NCBI GenBank assembly: GCA_011389855.1
Contig: JAABTM010000001.1
Span: 7,827-71,826 of the forward strand
Source: Desulfobacteraceae bacterium
Lineage (GTDB): Bacteria; Desulfobacterota; Desulfobacteria; Desulfobacterales; JAABSP01
DNA: 64,000 nucleotides
Reading direction: 5' to 3'
Positions 17,659 to 26,754 of the stretch are shown piece by piece (the stretch's first letter is position 1; every line of letters begins with the position of its first letter). The translations under genes were made by a program, and so were the position numbers. The notes beneath the pieces are model-generated. The model was not told where the DNA came from and did not search any database. It was given only the letters and a program-made list of their open reading frames with translations.

Positions 17659-18195
17659 ATGGAATTGCCGCCAGTCAACATCAAAAAGATCCTCTACACC
17701 ACCGATCTGTCCGAAAGCGCGCGCTTCGCCTTCGCCTATGCCGCCAGCCTGGCGGGAAAATACGGGGCGGAGATCACCATCCTCCATGTGCTCATGGAGG
17801 ACGCCAAAATGGAGTCGGGCATTATCGGATACATCGGAGAGGATCGCTGGAAGAAGATCAAGGACCAGAACGCCCAGGAGGCCCGGCAGGCCCTCATCGG
17901 GAAAAAGCGGGAGAACATCGCCATCCGGTACGGCCTGGAGCATTTCGCCGAGAACATGGCCGCCAATCTGGAGAACGAGCCCGAAAAGCGCCTCACGGAC
18001 GAAGTCGTGATCCGCCGCGGCAACCCGGTAGATGGGATCATCGAGGTCTCCGAACAGCGCAAGCCCGATCTCATCGTCATGGGCACCCATGGCCACGGCA
18101 TCATCGCCGACGCCATGATGGGCTCCACGGCCCGCCGGGTCATCCGCAGGTCGAAGATCCCGGTTCTGGTGATTCGACTGCCCGACGAAAAATAG
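17659..18195 (+). CDS. universal stress protein (UspA family)
   Basis: ATG at 17659 (Met32 of the track ORF) is preceded by AAGGAG. Motifs: KKILYTTDLSE...ILHV...DLIVMGTHGHG...GSTARRVIRRSKIPVLVI. Confidence 0.85.
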   Translation: MELPPVNIKKILYTTDLSESARFAFAYAASLAGKYGAEITILHVLMEDAKMESGIIGYIGEDRWKKIKDQNAQEARQALIGKKRENIAIRYGLEHFAENMAANLENEPEKRLTDEVVIRRGNPVDGIIEVSEQRKPDLIVMGTHGHGIIADAMMGSTARRVIRRSKIPVLVIRLPDEK

Positions 18196-19243
18196 TCCGT
18201 CCGGTCCGGTCCGAAACGGTCAGATCCCACGGCTCCAGCGCCGGATCGCCCCCCACCCGGACGGACCGGACCCCGGGCCGGCTTTCCAACGCCCTCAGAT
18301 TCCCGTTCCCCATTCCCCGGAGCGCATTGACGCGCCGGGGATGGGCTTTGAAAAACAACTCGCCGCTCGCCGCTATCAACTCGCCGCTCGCATCCACCAT
18401 CATATCAAAAAAAATCTTCGACAACACCAGATGCCCGAAGGCCGGATGGTAGGGCCCCGCCACGATGGCGGCGCCGGGGGCCAGATCCGCCGATGCCTGG
18501 AGTCCCGTCCGGATGACCGGAATCCCCCGCCCCTCGAACAGCAGGCGGAGGGCGGCGGTCCTTTCGACGCCGTCGGCCAGCGACAACGGCGGATACCGCC
18601 CCTCCCGGAACCGCCGGGCCAGAACGCTCCCCCTGAGCACTACCGTGGGATAGATCCGGACAAAATCGGGCCGCAAATCCGCCACGGCCCGGCCCGTGGC
18701 GGCGGCGCCCTCGGGATCTTCGCCGGGCAGCCCCACCATCATCTGAATCCCCACATTGTAGCCCCGGGCCTTCAGCATCGCGGCGGCCCGTCGGGTCGTT
18801 TCCGCCGTATGCCCCCGGTTGGAGAGGGCCAGCACCCGGTCGTCCATGGATTGGGCGCCCAGTTCCACGTCCGCCGCCGAAAACGCGGAAATCAGGTCCA
18901 GCCGGCGCTCGTCGATGGTGTCGGGCCGGGTGGAGAAGCGGATGGAATGGACCGCCCCACGTTGGACATGGTCCTGGGCCGCCGCCAGCAGGGAACGGAC
19001 CGTCTCCTCGGGCAGTCCGAGAAAATTGCCGCCGTAAAAGGCGATCTGAACCGGATGGCGATCCGGCCGGGCCAAGGACCGGAAGGTCCGGACCTGGCGG
19101 GCCACGGCGGCGGCGTCCGGGAGAACGGGCCCGGCATGAGTGATGGCGGTCTGGTCGCAGAAGGCGCACCGGTGGGGGCAGCCGGCATGGGGAATGAAAA
19201 CGGGAACGATCAGGGGTTTGGCGCGGGAGCGATCAGCGGACAT
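18140..19243 (-). CDS. ELP3-like radical SAM protein
   Basis: PVFIPHAGCPHRCAFCDQ cluster motif (CxxxCxxC). The start is taken at Met11 of the track ORF. It lies directly downstream of rnc. Confidence 0.8.
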   Translation of the reverse strand: MSADRSRAKPLIVPVFIPHAGCPHRCAFCDQTAITHAGPVLPDAAAVARQVRTFRSLARPDRHPVQIAFYGGNFLGLPEETVRSLLAAAQDHVQRGAVHSIRFSTRPDTIDERRLDLISAFSAADVELGAQSMDDRVLALSNRGHTAETTRRAAAMLKARGYNVGIQMMVGLPGEDPEGAAATGRAVADLRPDFVRIYPTVVLRGSVLARRFREGRYPPLSLADGVERTAALRLLFEGRGIPVIRTGLQASADLAPGAAIVAGPYHPAFGHLVLSKIFFDMMVDASGELIAASGELFFKAHPRRVNALRGMGNGNLRALESRPGVRSVRVGGDPALEPWDLTVSDRTGRTIFRRAVESPEPGSSTCG

Positions 19244-19919
19244 TGAGCTGCAGGATGGCCTTGCCGGCGGCATCCTGCTCGGCGGTCTTCTTGCTCTTGC
19301 CCTCGCCGCGGGCCACCACGTCGCGGACCCGGATCTCCACCACGAAGGTCTTGTCGTGGTCCGGCCCTTTTTCGGACACCACCTTGTAGACGGGCATCCC
19401 CTTGTGGGCGATTTGGACGAATTCCTGGAGCTGGCTTTTGAAATCGGGGTCGAGGTTCGGTTTGCGAATGTCCCGGATCAGGCCCGAGAAATGGGACTGG
19501 ATAAAGCGGAAGGCGGCGTTGAACCCGCCGTCGAGGTAGATGGCGGCGGTCACCGCCTCCAGGGCGTCGGCGAGGATCGATTTCTTCCGCCGCCCCTGGG
19601 TCTGGATCTCGCCTTTTCCCATCTGGAGGTATCGTCCCAGCCCGATGGACCGGGCGATGTCGGCCAGTTGGACCTCGTTGACAAGGCCGGCGCGCATCCG
19701 GGACAGGTTCCCCTCGGGGATGTCCGGATGCCGACGCATGAGGAGATGGCTCACCGTGAGGCTCAGGACGGCGTCCCCCAGGAATTCCAGCCGCTCGTTG
19801 TCCCCGAGGCCCGCCGCGGGCTGTTCGTTGACATAGGAGCTGTGACGGCACGCCTCCGCCAGGAGCGATTTGTCCTTGAAACGGTATCCCAGCTTCTTTT
19901 CCAGGGGCGACAGATTCAT
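19233..19919 (-). CDS. rnc: ribonuclease III
   Basis: NERLEFLGDAVL signature plus a C-terminal dsRBD; 228 aa. Confidence 0.92.
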   Translation of the reverse strand: MNLSPLEKKLGYRFKDKSLLAEACRHSSYVNEQPAAGLGDNERLEFLGDAVLSLTVSHLLMRRHPDIPEGNLSRMRAGLVNEVQLADIARSIGLGRYLQMGKGEIQTQGRRKKSILADALEAVTAAIYLDGGFNAAFRFIQSHFSGLIRDIRKPNLDPDFKSQLQEFVQIAHKGMPVYKVVSEKGPDHDKTFVVEIRVRDVVARGEGKSKKTAEQDAAGKAILQLNVR

Positions 19920-20848
19920 GGGCGCGGCGCAATGGCGGGGGCCCCGGCGCCGTCCCCGGGCGAGGGGGACGCCGGCTTTGCCGGCCCGCGGTCGAGGCGT
20001 TGAACGATCTTCTCGTAATAGCGGAAAGGGATGGCCAGATCTCCGCCGCCGGTCCCAATGCGGATTTCGGGCTTGACGTCTCCGTGGAAATCGCTGCCGC
20101 CGGTCATGAGCAGGTCGTATCGGCGGGCGAGGTCGCGGTAGGCTTTCCGCTGGGCGGGCGCGTGTTCGGGGTATTCGGTTTCGATGCCATGGAGCCCCTG
20201 CCCTACCAGGGTCTCGACGATGTCCGGAACGCCGATCCCCTTCGGGAGGCTCAGCAGGCCGGGATGGGCCAGCACGGCGACGCCGCCGGCATCCTGGATC
20301 ATCCGAATGGCGTCGGCGCAGGGGATCCGGTACTTGTCCACGAATGCGGGTCGGCCTTTTCCCAGGTACCGGTCGAAGGCGTCGTCGATGGAGGCGGCCG
20401 CTCCCCGGTCCACCATGAGTTGGGCGATGTGGGGACGCCCGAGCTGGGCGTCCGCGTCGAAACGGTCCGCCAGTTCGGCCGCGGTCAGGTCGATGCCCAT
20501 CCGGTTGAGCTGCGCGATTATCCGGGGGTTCCGGTTCCGCCGGGCCTCCTGGAGGACGGTCAGGGTCCGGTTCAGCTCGGGATCATCCGGGCGGAACCCG
20601 TACCCCAGCAGGTGGAAGGAGCCGCCGAGGGGGAACGCTTCGGGCGGCGCGGCGCTGATCTCGATGCCCGTCAGAAACCGGAGGGACGCCGGGATGCCGT
20701 GGGCCAGGGCCGCGCGAACCCCGTCCACCGTGTCGTGGTCCGTGATGGCCGCGGCCCCCAGCCGGGCGTCGCACGCCATCTCCAGGAGCCGGCGGGGGGC
20801 GTAAGTGCCGTCGGAGGCGTCGGAATGGATGTGGAGGTCGATCTTCAC
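19916..20848 (-). CDS. PHP domain phosphoesterase (TrpH/YciV-like)
   Basis: MKIDLHIHSDASDGT...AITDHDT motifs. Confidence 0.8.
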   Translation of the reverse strand: MKIDLHIHSDASDGTYAPRRLLEMACDARLGAAAITDHDTVDGVRAALAHGIPASLRFLTGIEISAAPPEAFPLGGSFHLLGYGFRPDDPELNRTLTVLQEARRNRNPRIIAQLNRMGIDLTAAELADRFDADAQLGRPHIAQLMVDRGAAASIDDAFDRYLGKGRPAFVDKYRIPCADAIRMIQDAGGVAVLAHPGLLSLPKGIGVPDIVETLVGQGLHGIETEYPEHAPAQRKAYRDLARRYDLLMTGGSDFHGDVKPEIRIGTGGGDLAIPFRYYEKIVQRLDRGPAKPASPSPGDGAGAPAIAPRP

Positions 20849-20855
20849 CGGATCG

Positions 20856-21218
20856 TTACAGCCCCAGCGCCTTTTCCCTCGCCTCCTCCCTTGTCTTGCA
20901 CTCGATGCACTGGGTGGTCACGGGCCGGGCCTTGAGCCGCTCGATGCTGATGTCGTCGCCGCAGACCTCGCAGATGCCGAAGGCGTCGTTTTCGATGCGC
21001 TCCAAAGCCTTTCTGATCTTTTTGATGAGCTTGTGCTCCCGGTCCCGGATCCGGAGCATGAAGTTCCGGTCCGCCTCCAGGGAGGCGCGGTCGGTGGGAT
21101 CCGGAAAGGTTTCTTTCTGGGAGGTCATCCCGGTGACGGTCTCTTCGGCCTGGTTCAGCAGGCTCTCCATCTGCTCTTTCAGAAGATTTTCAAAATAGTC
21201 GATGTCTGCCTTGTCCAT
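20856..21218 (-). CDS. dksA: DksA/TraR-family C4 zinc-finger transcription factor
   Basis: Coiled-coil N-terminal part and CEVCGDDI...CIECK zinc finger; 120 aa. Confidence 0.85.
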   Translation of the reverse strand: MDKADIDYFENLLKEQMESLLNQAEETVTGMTSQKETFPDPTDRASLEADRNFMLRIRDREHKLIKKIRKALERIENDAFGICEVCGDDISIERLKARPVTTQCIECKTREEAREKALGL

Positions 21219-21543
21219 ATGTCAACCTTCGCATGGCGTTCGCGGCGTCCGTGCAGGCGCCGTTGATGTATTTTTCATATTATTCCGGCTGATTATCCAC
21301 TGGCATCTTCCATATAAAATGTCTACTTATAAAAGACTCCAATCTTTAGCACAGACGATATATCCTGTAAAGGTTATTTTTCACGATCCGACGCCGGGCC
21401 GGAGGCTTCCGGCCGCGGGGCATCCCCCGGAGGGTCGGCATGCCGAAGGCTTTTCCCGGAGACGTCGCGGCTATCGTTATGTTGTAATTGGGGGACTTTT
21501 CCATCGCAGCCGGTCCATCCAGCGATAGGACGAATGGAGAAAT

Positions 21544-22452
21544 CTATCCGATGGTGTGGACGATCCGGGATGCGGGGACCAGTTGCACGCTCTCCCGCAG
21601 CCAGTCCATCATCTCCGACAGGACCTCGAAGGTGGCGCCGTAGGGATGGCCGATGCCCACCGCCTCGCCGCGGCGCCGGGCCACGCGGACCAGGCGCCGG
21701 ACCTGCCGCCGGACCGAATCCGGGGTGGGGTCGTGGTCGAGGAAGACGTCCCGGCGGGCGAAGGGGATCTGGAGGAGCCGGGCCGGGCCCCGGCAGATGC
21801 TCTCGCCGCTGGTCTGGCTGTCGATGAAAAAAAGGGAGCGGCGCCGCAGCACCGACAGGATCTGGTACATCTGGGGCCACCGGGTCGTCAGCCGGGAGCC
21901 CATGTGGTTGTTGACCCCCACCGCGCCGGGCACGGCGTCGAGGTTGGCGTTGAGCTGTCGCATCAGCTCAGCCGGGGTCATCCCCGCCAGGAGGGCGCCG
22001 GGACCCGGATCGATCTCCGGATACTCCCGGGGCTCCATGGGCATGTGGACCAGGATCTCCATGCCCATCAGCCGGGCCGTCCCCAGGATCTCCTCCGCAA
22101 AGGGGCTGCCGGGCAGGATGGAGAGGGTCAGTTCCGGCCCCAGACCGATGAGCCGGTTGGCCATGACCCGGTGGTAGCCCACATCGTCGATGATGATGGC
22201 CACCAGGGGTTTTTCATCCGTCGTTTCGGGAAGAGAAATGGAGGGCAGGGTCGGGGTCGGTTCTTCGGGGAAGACCTCGTAGGCGGGGATCCGGAGGTCG
22301 GGCAGGGGCGGGTCCGTCCCCATGCCGGGGGGCGCCGCGCCGAAGGCCGCCAGCACGGCCCAGGCGACGACGGCCGGGAGCGCGACCGCCAGGGGCCAAA
22401 ACGGGTTCACCCCCGCCCGCTTAAACGCAACACGCCTTTTAGTGGTGCTCAT
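21544..22452 (-). CDS. divergent polysaccharide deacetylase family protein (YibQ-like)
   Basis: N-terminal TM helix, then PLVAIIIDDVGY...LSILP...NNHMGS pattern. Confidence 0.8.
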   Translation of the reverse strand: MSTTKRRVAFKRAGVNPFWPLAVALPAVVAWAVLAAFGAAPPGMGTDPPLPDLRIPAYEVFPEEPTPTLPSISLPETTDEKPLVAIIIDDVGYHRVMANRLIGLGPELTLSILPGSPFAEEILGTARLMGMEILVHMPMEPREYPEIDPGPGALLAGMTPAELMRQLNANLDAVPGAVGVNNHMGSRLTTRWPQMYQILSVLRRRSLFFIDSQTSGESICRGPARLLQIPFARRDVFLDHDPTPDSVRRQVRRLVRVARRRGEAVGIGHPYGATFEVLSEMMDWLRESVQLVPASRIVHTIG

Positions 22453-22497
22453 AACCGCGGCGGGCGCCGTCGGACGGGCCGACGGCGACCCGACGGA

Positions 22498-23907
22498 TCA
22501 GCCGTTGAAATTTTTGAAAATATCGTAGCTGACCAGAATCCCCAGTGCCCGCATGATCTGGTTGTCCGCCTGGAGCCCCTCGGGGTCCAGAGGGCCGTAG
22601 CGGTTCTGGGTGGACCGGCGTCGCGGCGTCCGATTTTGGGCGCCGTCTCCGGTCTCGTCTTCCTCCACTTCCTCGTCCATCTCGTCTTCTTCCGCTTCCT
22701 CCTCTTCGAGGACCGGGAAGGCCTCCAGGTGGTTTTTAAGATCTTTTTCCTTGATCATCCTATCGTCCTCCGGGGCCGGTTCCAGGAACCGGTGCTTGAC
22801 CAGGATGTCGGGTTCGATGCCCGCGGCCTGAATCGAGCGCCCGCTGGGGGTGTAGTACCGGGCGATGGTGAATTTGAGCCCGTAGCCGTCCCGGAGGGTC
22901 TCCAGGGTCTGGACCGAGCCCTTGCCGAAGGAGGTGGTGCCGAGGATCAGCCCCCGCTTGTGGTCCTGGAGGGCGCCGGCCACGATCTCGGAGGCGCTGG
23001 CGCTGCCGCCGTTGATGAGCACAACGATGGGATACCCGCGGCGATCCCGGTCCGGGTGGGCGTCGAAGACCTTGGTGTGTTTGGGCAACCGCCCCTTGAT
23101 GGAGACGATGGCGCCGGAATCGAGAAAGACATCCGACACCTGGATGGCCTGGTTGAGCAGCCCGCCGGGGTTGTCCCGCAGGTCGAGGATCAGGCCCTTC
23201 ATGGGCGTCTCCCCCGACTCCAGGGACGCCAGGGCCGCCTCCAGGTCGTGGGTGGTGTTCTCCTGGAAATTGGTGATCCGGATATAGCCGTATCCCGGCT
23301 TGACGGTCAGATGGCGGACGGATTCGATGGGGATGATGTCGCGGACCAGCTCGAATTCGAGGGGCTTGGCCGCGCCCTCCCGGACGATGGTGATGGCCAC
23401 CGCTTCCCCCTTGGGCCCCCGCATCTTCTTGACCGCCTCCCAGAGCATCATGTCCTTGGTGGATTCGCCGTCCACCTCCACGATGATGTCCCCGGCCTGG
23501 ATGCCCGCCTCATAGGCCGGCGTGCCCTCGATGGGAGAGATGACGGTCAGGACCCCCTTCTGCATGGTGATGACGATGCCGATGCCGCCGAATTCCCCCC
23601 GGGTGTCGATCTGCAGCTCCTCGAAGGCCTCGGGGGGGAGCAGCTGGGAATGGGGGTCGAGGCTGCTCACCATGCCCTGGATCGCCTTGTGGATCAGTTC
23701 CTCGGTGTCCACGGGGTCCACGTAATTGTTCTGCACCAAATCGATGACGTCGGCGAAGATCTTAAGCCCCCGGTAGGTGGCGTCGTCTCCGGCCGCGAAG
23801 GTCCGGTAGAAGCCGGACCCCACGGTGCCCAGTAGGATCGCCGCGACCATGACCGTCCACAGTCTCACATAGCGCTTGCGCTGCTTACGCTGCTTTCGCT
23901 GTCTCAT
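22498..23907 (-). CDS. ctpA: carboxy-terminal processing protease (S41)
   Basis: PDZ domain plus LILDLRDNPGG and GGSASASEI...TFGKGSVQ catalytic motifs. Confidence 0.9.
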   Translation of the reverse strand: MRQRKQRKQRKRYVRLWTVMVAAILLGTVGSGFYRTFAAGDDATYRGLKIFADVIDLVQNNYVDPVDTEELIHKAIQGMVSSLDPHSQLLPPEAFEELQIDTRGEFGGIGIVITMQKGVLTVISPIEGTPAYEAGIQAGDIIVEVDGESTKDMMLWEAVKKMRGPKGEAVAITIVREGAAKPLEFELVRDIIPIESVRHLTVKPGYGYIRITNFQENTTHDLEAALASLESGETPMKGLILDLRDNPGGLLNQAIQVSDVFLDSGAIVSIKGRLPKHTKVFDAHPDRDRRGYPIVVLINGGSASASEIVAGALQDHKRGLILGTTSFGKGSVQTLETLRDGYGLKFTIARYYTPSGRSIQAAGIEPDILVKHRFLEPAPEDDRMIKEKDLKNHLEAFPVLEEEEAEEDEMDEEVEEDETGDGAQNRTPRRRSTQNRYGPLDPEGLQADNQIMRALGILVSYDIFKNFNG

Positions 23908-23921
23908 TATCCAAAACTCCT

Positions 23922-25139
23922 TTACCCTTTTTTAAGCCACTTCAGGGGATCCATGGGCTTTCCGTGATGGCGGACCTCGAAATGGAGCATCGGCCCCTTG
24001 AAGGAGCCGGTGTCCCCCACCGTTGCGATCACCTCCCCGGACTTTACGGACTGGCCTTCCTGCTTATACACCTCGTCGGCATGGGCGTAAAGCGTGTAAT
24101 AGCTTTTCCCATGATCGACGATCAACAGATTGCCGTACCCCTTGAACCAATCTGAAAACAGAACGCGGCCGTCCCGGACGGCGCGGATGGGGGTTCCTTT
24201 TTCGGCCTTGATGTCTATGCCGCTCTGAAAATTGACGACGTTGAACTCGGGATTTTTAAAGCGGCCGAATGTCGAAACGATCTTACCGTCCACCGGCATA
24301 TTAAGCAACCCCTTAGCGGCGTTGAACCGGTCCTCGGGAGCTTTTTCCGCGGTTTCGACCTTCAATTCATCGAGCCGGAGGCGTTCGATCTTTCCTTCCA
24401 GCGCTTTGGCGGACTGCTGGAGGGAATCCACGGCGGCCAGGGCCAGGCGTTTCCGACCCCGGACCTCGGTGAGCAGAACCTTCCGCTGGTCTTTTTTCAG
24501 GCCCAGCTCCGCCATCTGCTCCCGGTAGCGGCGTTCCGCCGCCGCCTTTTCGGTTTTCCGGACCTCCAGATCGTTCAACGCCCGGGCCAATTCGCTCTTC
24601 TCCCGCCCCAGCCGGGTCAAAACCGCCTCGTCGTGGTCGAGGATGGTCCGCAGGGCCGTCTTCCGTCTGAAAAAATCGGCCACCGACCCGGCCGACGCCA
24701 GGAAACTCATCCGCCCCAGGCACTGCAACTTATACAGCGCCGCCATCCGCCGGGCCGCATAGGTCTCGGTCTCGTGGATGCGGCGCGCCAGATCGTCGAT
24801 CCAGTTCCGGGTCTCCTCCACCGCCGTGGCGAGCCCGTCCAGGTCGTTCCGGAGGGAGGCCGCCTGCTTCCTGGCCCCGTCCAGCGCCCGGTCGGCCGCG
24901 TGGAGCCGGGCGATGCACGCCTTTTCTTCCTTTGAAAAGGCCGCGGCCTCGGCCTTTTTCTCCTTGATCCGCCGGTCCACCTGACGGGCCTGGTCCTGGT
25001 ACGCATCGACGCGCTCTTCAGCCGCGCCGGGAACGGCCGCCCCCAGCACCAGCACCGCCGCCACCAGGCAGACCGCCGCCGTACAAAGGCCAGATGTCCG
25101 GATTTTTCCGAACAGCGATCTTCGTTTTTTCTCTCTCAT
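23922..25139 (-). CDS. murein hydrolase activator EnvC-like (coiled coil + M23/LytM domain)
   Basis: The start is at Met302 of track ORF 23922..26042 (MREKKRRSLF followed by a signal/TM), overlapping the ftsX stop as ATGA. The C-terminal M23 domain reads GIDIKAEKGTPIRAV..GRV...YGNLLIVDHG..YYTLYAH. Confidence 0.85.
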   Translation of the reverse strand: MREKKRRSLFGKIRTSGLCTAAVCLVAAVLVLGAAVPGAAEERVDAYQDQARQVDRRIKEKKAEAAAFSKEEKACIARLHAADRALDGARKQAASLRNDLDGLATAVEETRNWIDDLARRIHETETYAARRMAALYKLQCLGRMSFLASAGSVADFFRRKTALRTILDHDEAVLTRLGREKSELARALNDLEVRKTEKAAAERRYREQMAELGLKKDQRKVLLTEVRGRKRLALAAVDSLQQSAKALEGKIERLRLDELKVETAEKAPEDRFNAAKGLLNMPVDGKIVSTFGRFKNPEFNVVNFQSGIDIKAEKGTPIRAVRDGRVLFSDWFKGYGNLLIVDHGKSYYTLYAHADEVYKQEGQSVKSGEVIATVGDTGSFKGPMLHFEVRHHGKPMDPLKWLKKG

Positions 25140-26011
25140 GACGCCTTCAACACCTGTCTCAACGAAATATAAGATCCGATCCATCCGACCGCCATGCTCC
25201 CCATCAGAATGCCCAGGACCATCTCGTCCGGGAGGAACCGGGCCGGCAGGAAGCCGCCGCCTTCCGCCACTTTGTCGGCCACGAACCGGAAGCCGGCGAA
25301 GAGCATGCCCATGCCGGCCGCGCCGCCCAGGGCCCCCTGGAGGATCCCCTGCATGTAGAACGGCCCCCTGATAAAGCCTTCGCTGCCCCCCATCAACCGC
25401 AGAATTTCGATTTCGTCCCGCCGGGAGTAGAGGACCAGGCGGACCGTGTTGGCCACGATAAAGGCCGCAGCCAGAAAGAAGAGGCCGCCCATGGCCAGCC
25501 CCGTCAGCCGGAAAAGGTCGATGATCCGGACAAACCGGCTCAGCCACTCCTTTCCGTATTCGACCTCGGAAACCCCCTCCAGCCCGCCGATCCGCCGGGC
25601 CAGCAGCTCGAACCGGTCGCGGTTCCGGAATGCCTCGGCCATGTGGACCTCGTAGGTGTCGGGGAGCGGGTTCTCCTCCAGGGTGTCCAGGAGGGCCGAT
25701 CCTTCCGACATCCCCTGCCGGAGCCGTTCCATGGCCTGTTCCTTGGAGACGAACCGGACGTCCCCCACCCCCGGCATCCCCGCCATTTGAAGGCCCAGCC
25801 GGTCCACCGCCTCCGGCGTCATCTCCGCCTCGAGGTAGGCCATGATCCGGATCTCCTTCGTCCAGAGGGAGAGGAGGGCCGAGGCATTGACGAAAAACAG
25901 GGCGAAGGCGCCCACGATGAGGATGGACAGGGCCACCGTCACCACCGTGACGGTGTTGAGAAACCGGTTGGCCCACATGTCCTTGAGGGCCCGGTGGATC
26001 ACCCGGATCAT
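25136..26011 (-). CDS. ftsX: cell division permease FtsX
   Basis: 291 aa with four TM segments; its position after ftsE supports the call. Confidence 0.9.
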   Translation of the reverse strand: MIRVIHRALKDMWANRFLNTVTVVTVALSILIVGAFALFFVNASALLSLWTKEIRIMAYLEAEMTPEAVDRLGLQMAGMPGVGDVRFVSKEQAMERLRQGMSEGSALLDTLEENPLPDTYEVHMAEAFRNRDRFELLARRIGGLEGVSEVEYGKEWLSRFVRIIDLFRLTGLAMGGLFFLAAAFIVANTVRLVLYSRRDEIEILRLMGGSEGFIRGPFYMQGILQGALGGAAGMGMLFAGFRFVADKVAEGGGFLPARFLPDEMVLGILMGSMAVGWIGSYISLRQVLKAS

Positions 26012-26718
26012 GCCGGCAGTCGGGGGATGGTGGTCGCCACATCCAGTCCCCCGTCCTCCAGGAGGATGACCCGGCCGCCGGTGCGCCGGATCAGGGCGGT
26101 GTCGTGGGTGGCCACCAGCACCGTGGCCCCCCGGCGATGGTATTCCCGGAGCAGGTCGAAGATCACGCTCGCCGATTCGGCGTCGAGGCTGCCCGTGGGC
26201 TCGTCGGCCAGGATGATCTGGGGGTCGCCGGCAATGGCCCGGGCCACCGCCACCCGCTGCTGCTCTCCCCCCGACAGGCTAGGCGGCAGGGCCCGGCGCT
26301 TCTCCTCCATGCCCACGGTGCGCAGGACGCTCCGGACCTTTTTGCGGATGGTCTTCCGGGGCGCGCCCCGGGCCTCCAGGACTATGGCGACGTTGTCGTA
26401 GACGCTCTTTTTGGGGATAAGCTTATAGTCTTGGAAGATGATGCCGAATTTCCGCCTCAAAAATGGGACGCGGCGGCGCGGAATCCGCGACAGGTTGAGC
26501 CCGTCAATGATGATCTGACCTTCCGAGGCGGTCTCCCCCAGGTAGAGCAGCTTGAGCAGGGTGGTTTTCCCGGCGCCGCTGGGCCCGCTGACGAAGAGAA
26601 ACTCGTTCCGGGAAATTTCGAAACTCACGTCCAACAGCGCTTTTTTGGCGTTGTAGCGCTTGTGAACATGAAAAAGCCGGATGATCGGGTCGCCGCTGTC
26701 TGCCGGAGCCATTCGCAA
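26008..26718 (-). CDS. ftsE: cell division ATP-binding protein FtsE
   Basis: Walker A GPSGAGKTT, LSGGEQQRVAVARA signature and Walker B ILADEPTG. Confidence 0.9.
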   Translation of the reverse strand: MRMAPADSGDPIIRLFHVHKRYNAKKALLDVSFEISRNEFLFVSGPSGAGKTTLLKLLYLGETASEGQIIIDGLNLSRIPRRRVPFLRRKFGIIFQDYKLIPKKSVYDNVAIVLEARGAPRKTIRKKVRSVLRTVGMEEKRRALPPSLSGGEQQRVAVARAIAGDPQIILADEPTGSLDAESASVIFDLLREYHRRGATVLVATHDTALIRRTGGRVILLEDGGLDVATTIPRLPA

Positions 26719-26754
26719 GTCTGCCGTTTTGGTGGGGGCGGGGTCGCCGCTGGT

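Noticed and set aside
21219-21543. The 325-nt gap between yibQ-like and dksA, with an AT-rich core and GC-rich hairpins (for example GGCCGGA-GGCT-TCCGGCC). I examined it for an sRNA, a sigma54 promoter (TGGCAT near 21300) or a small ORF.
   Set aside because: The TGGCAT box has no properly spaced TTGC element, and there is no terminator-delimited unit or conserved-looking ORF. Most likely this is just the yibQ terminator region plus the dksA promoter.
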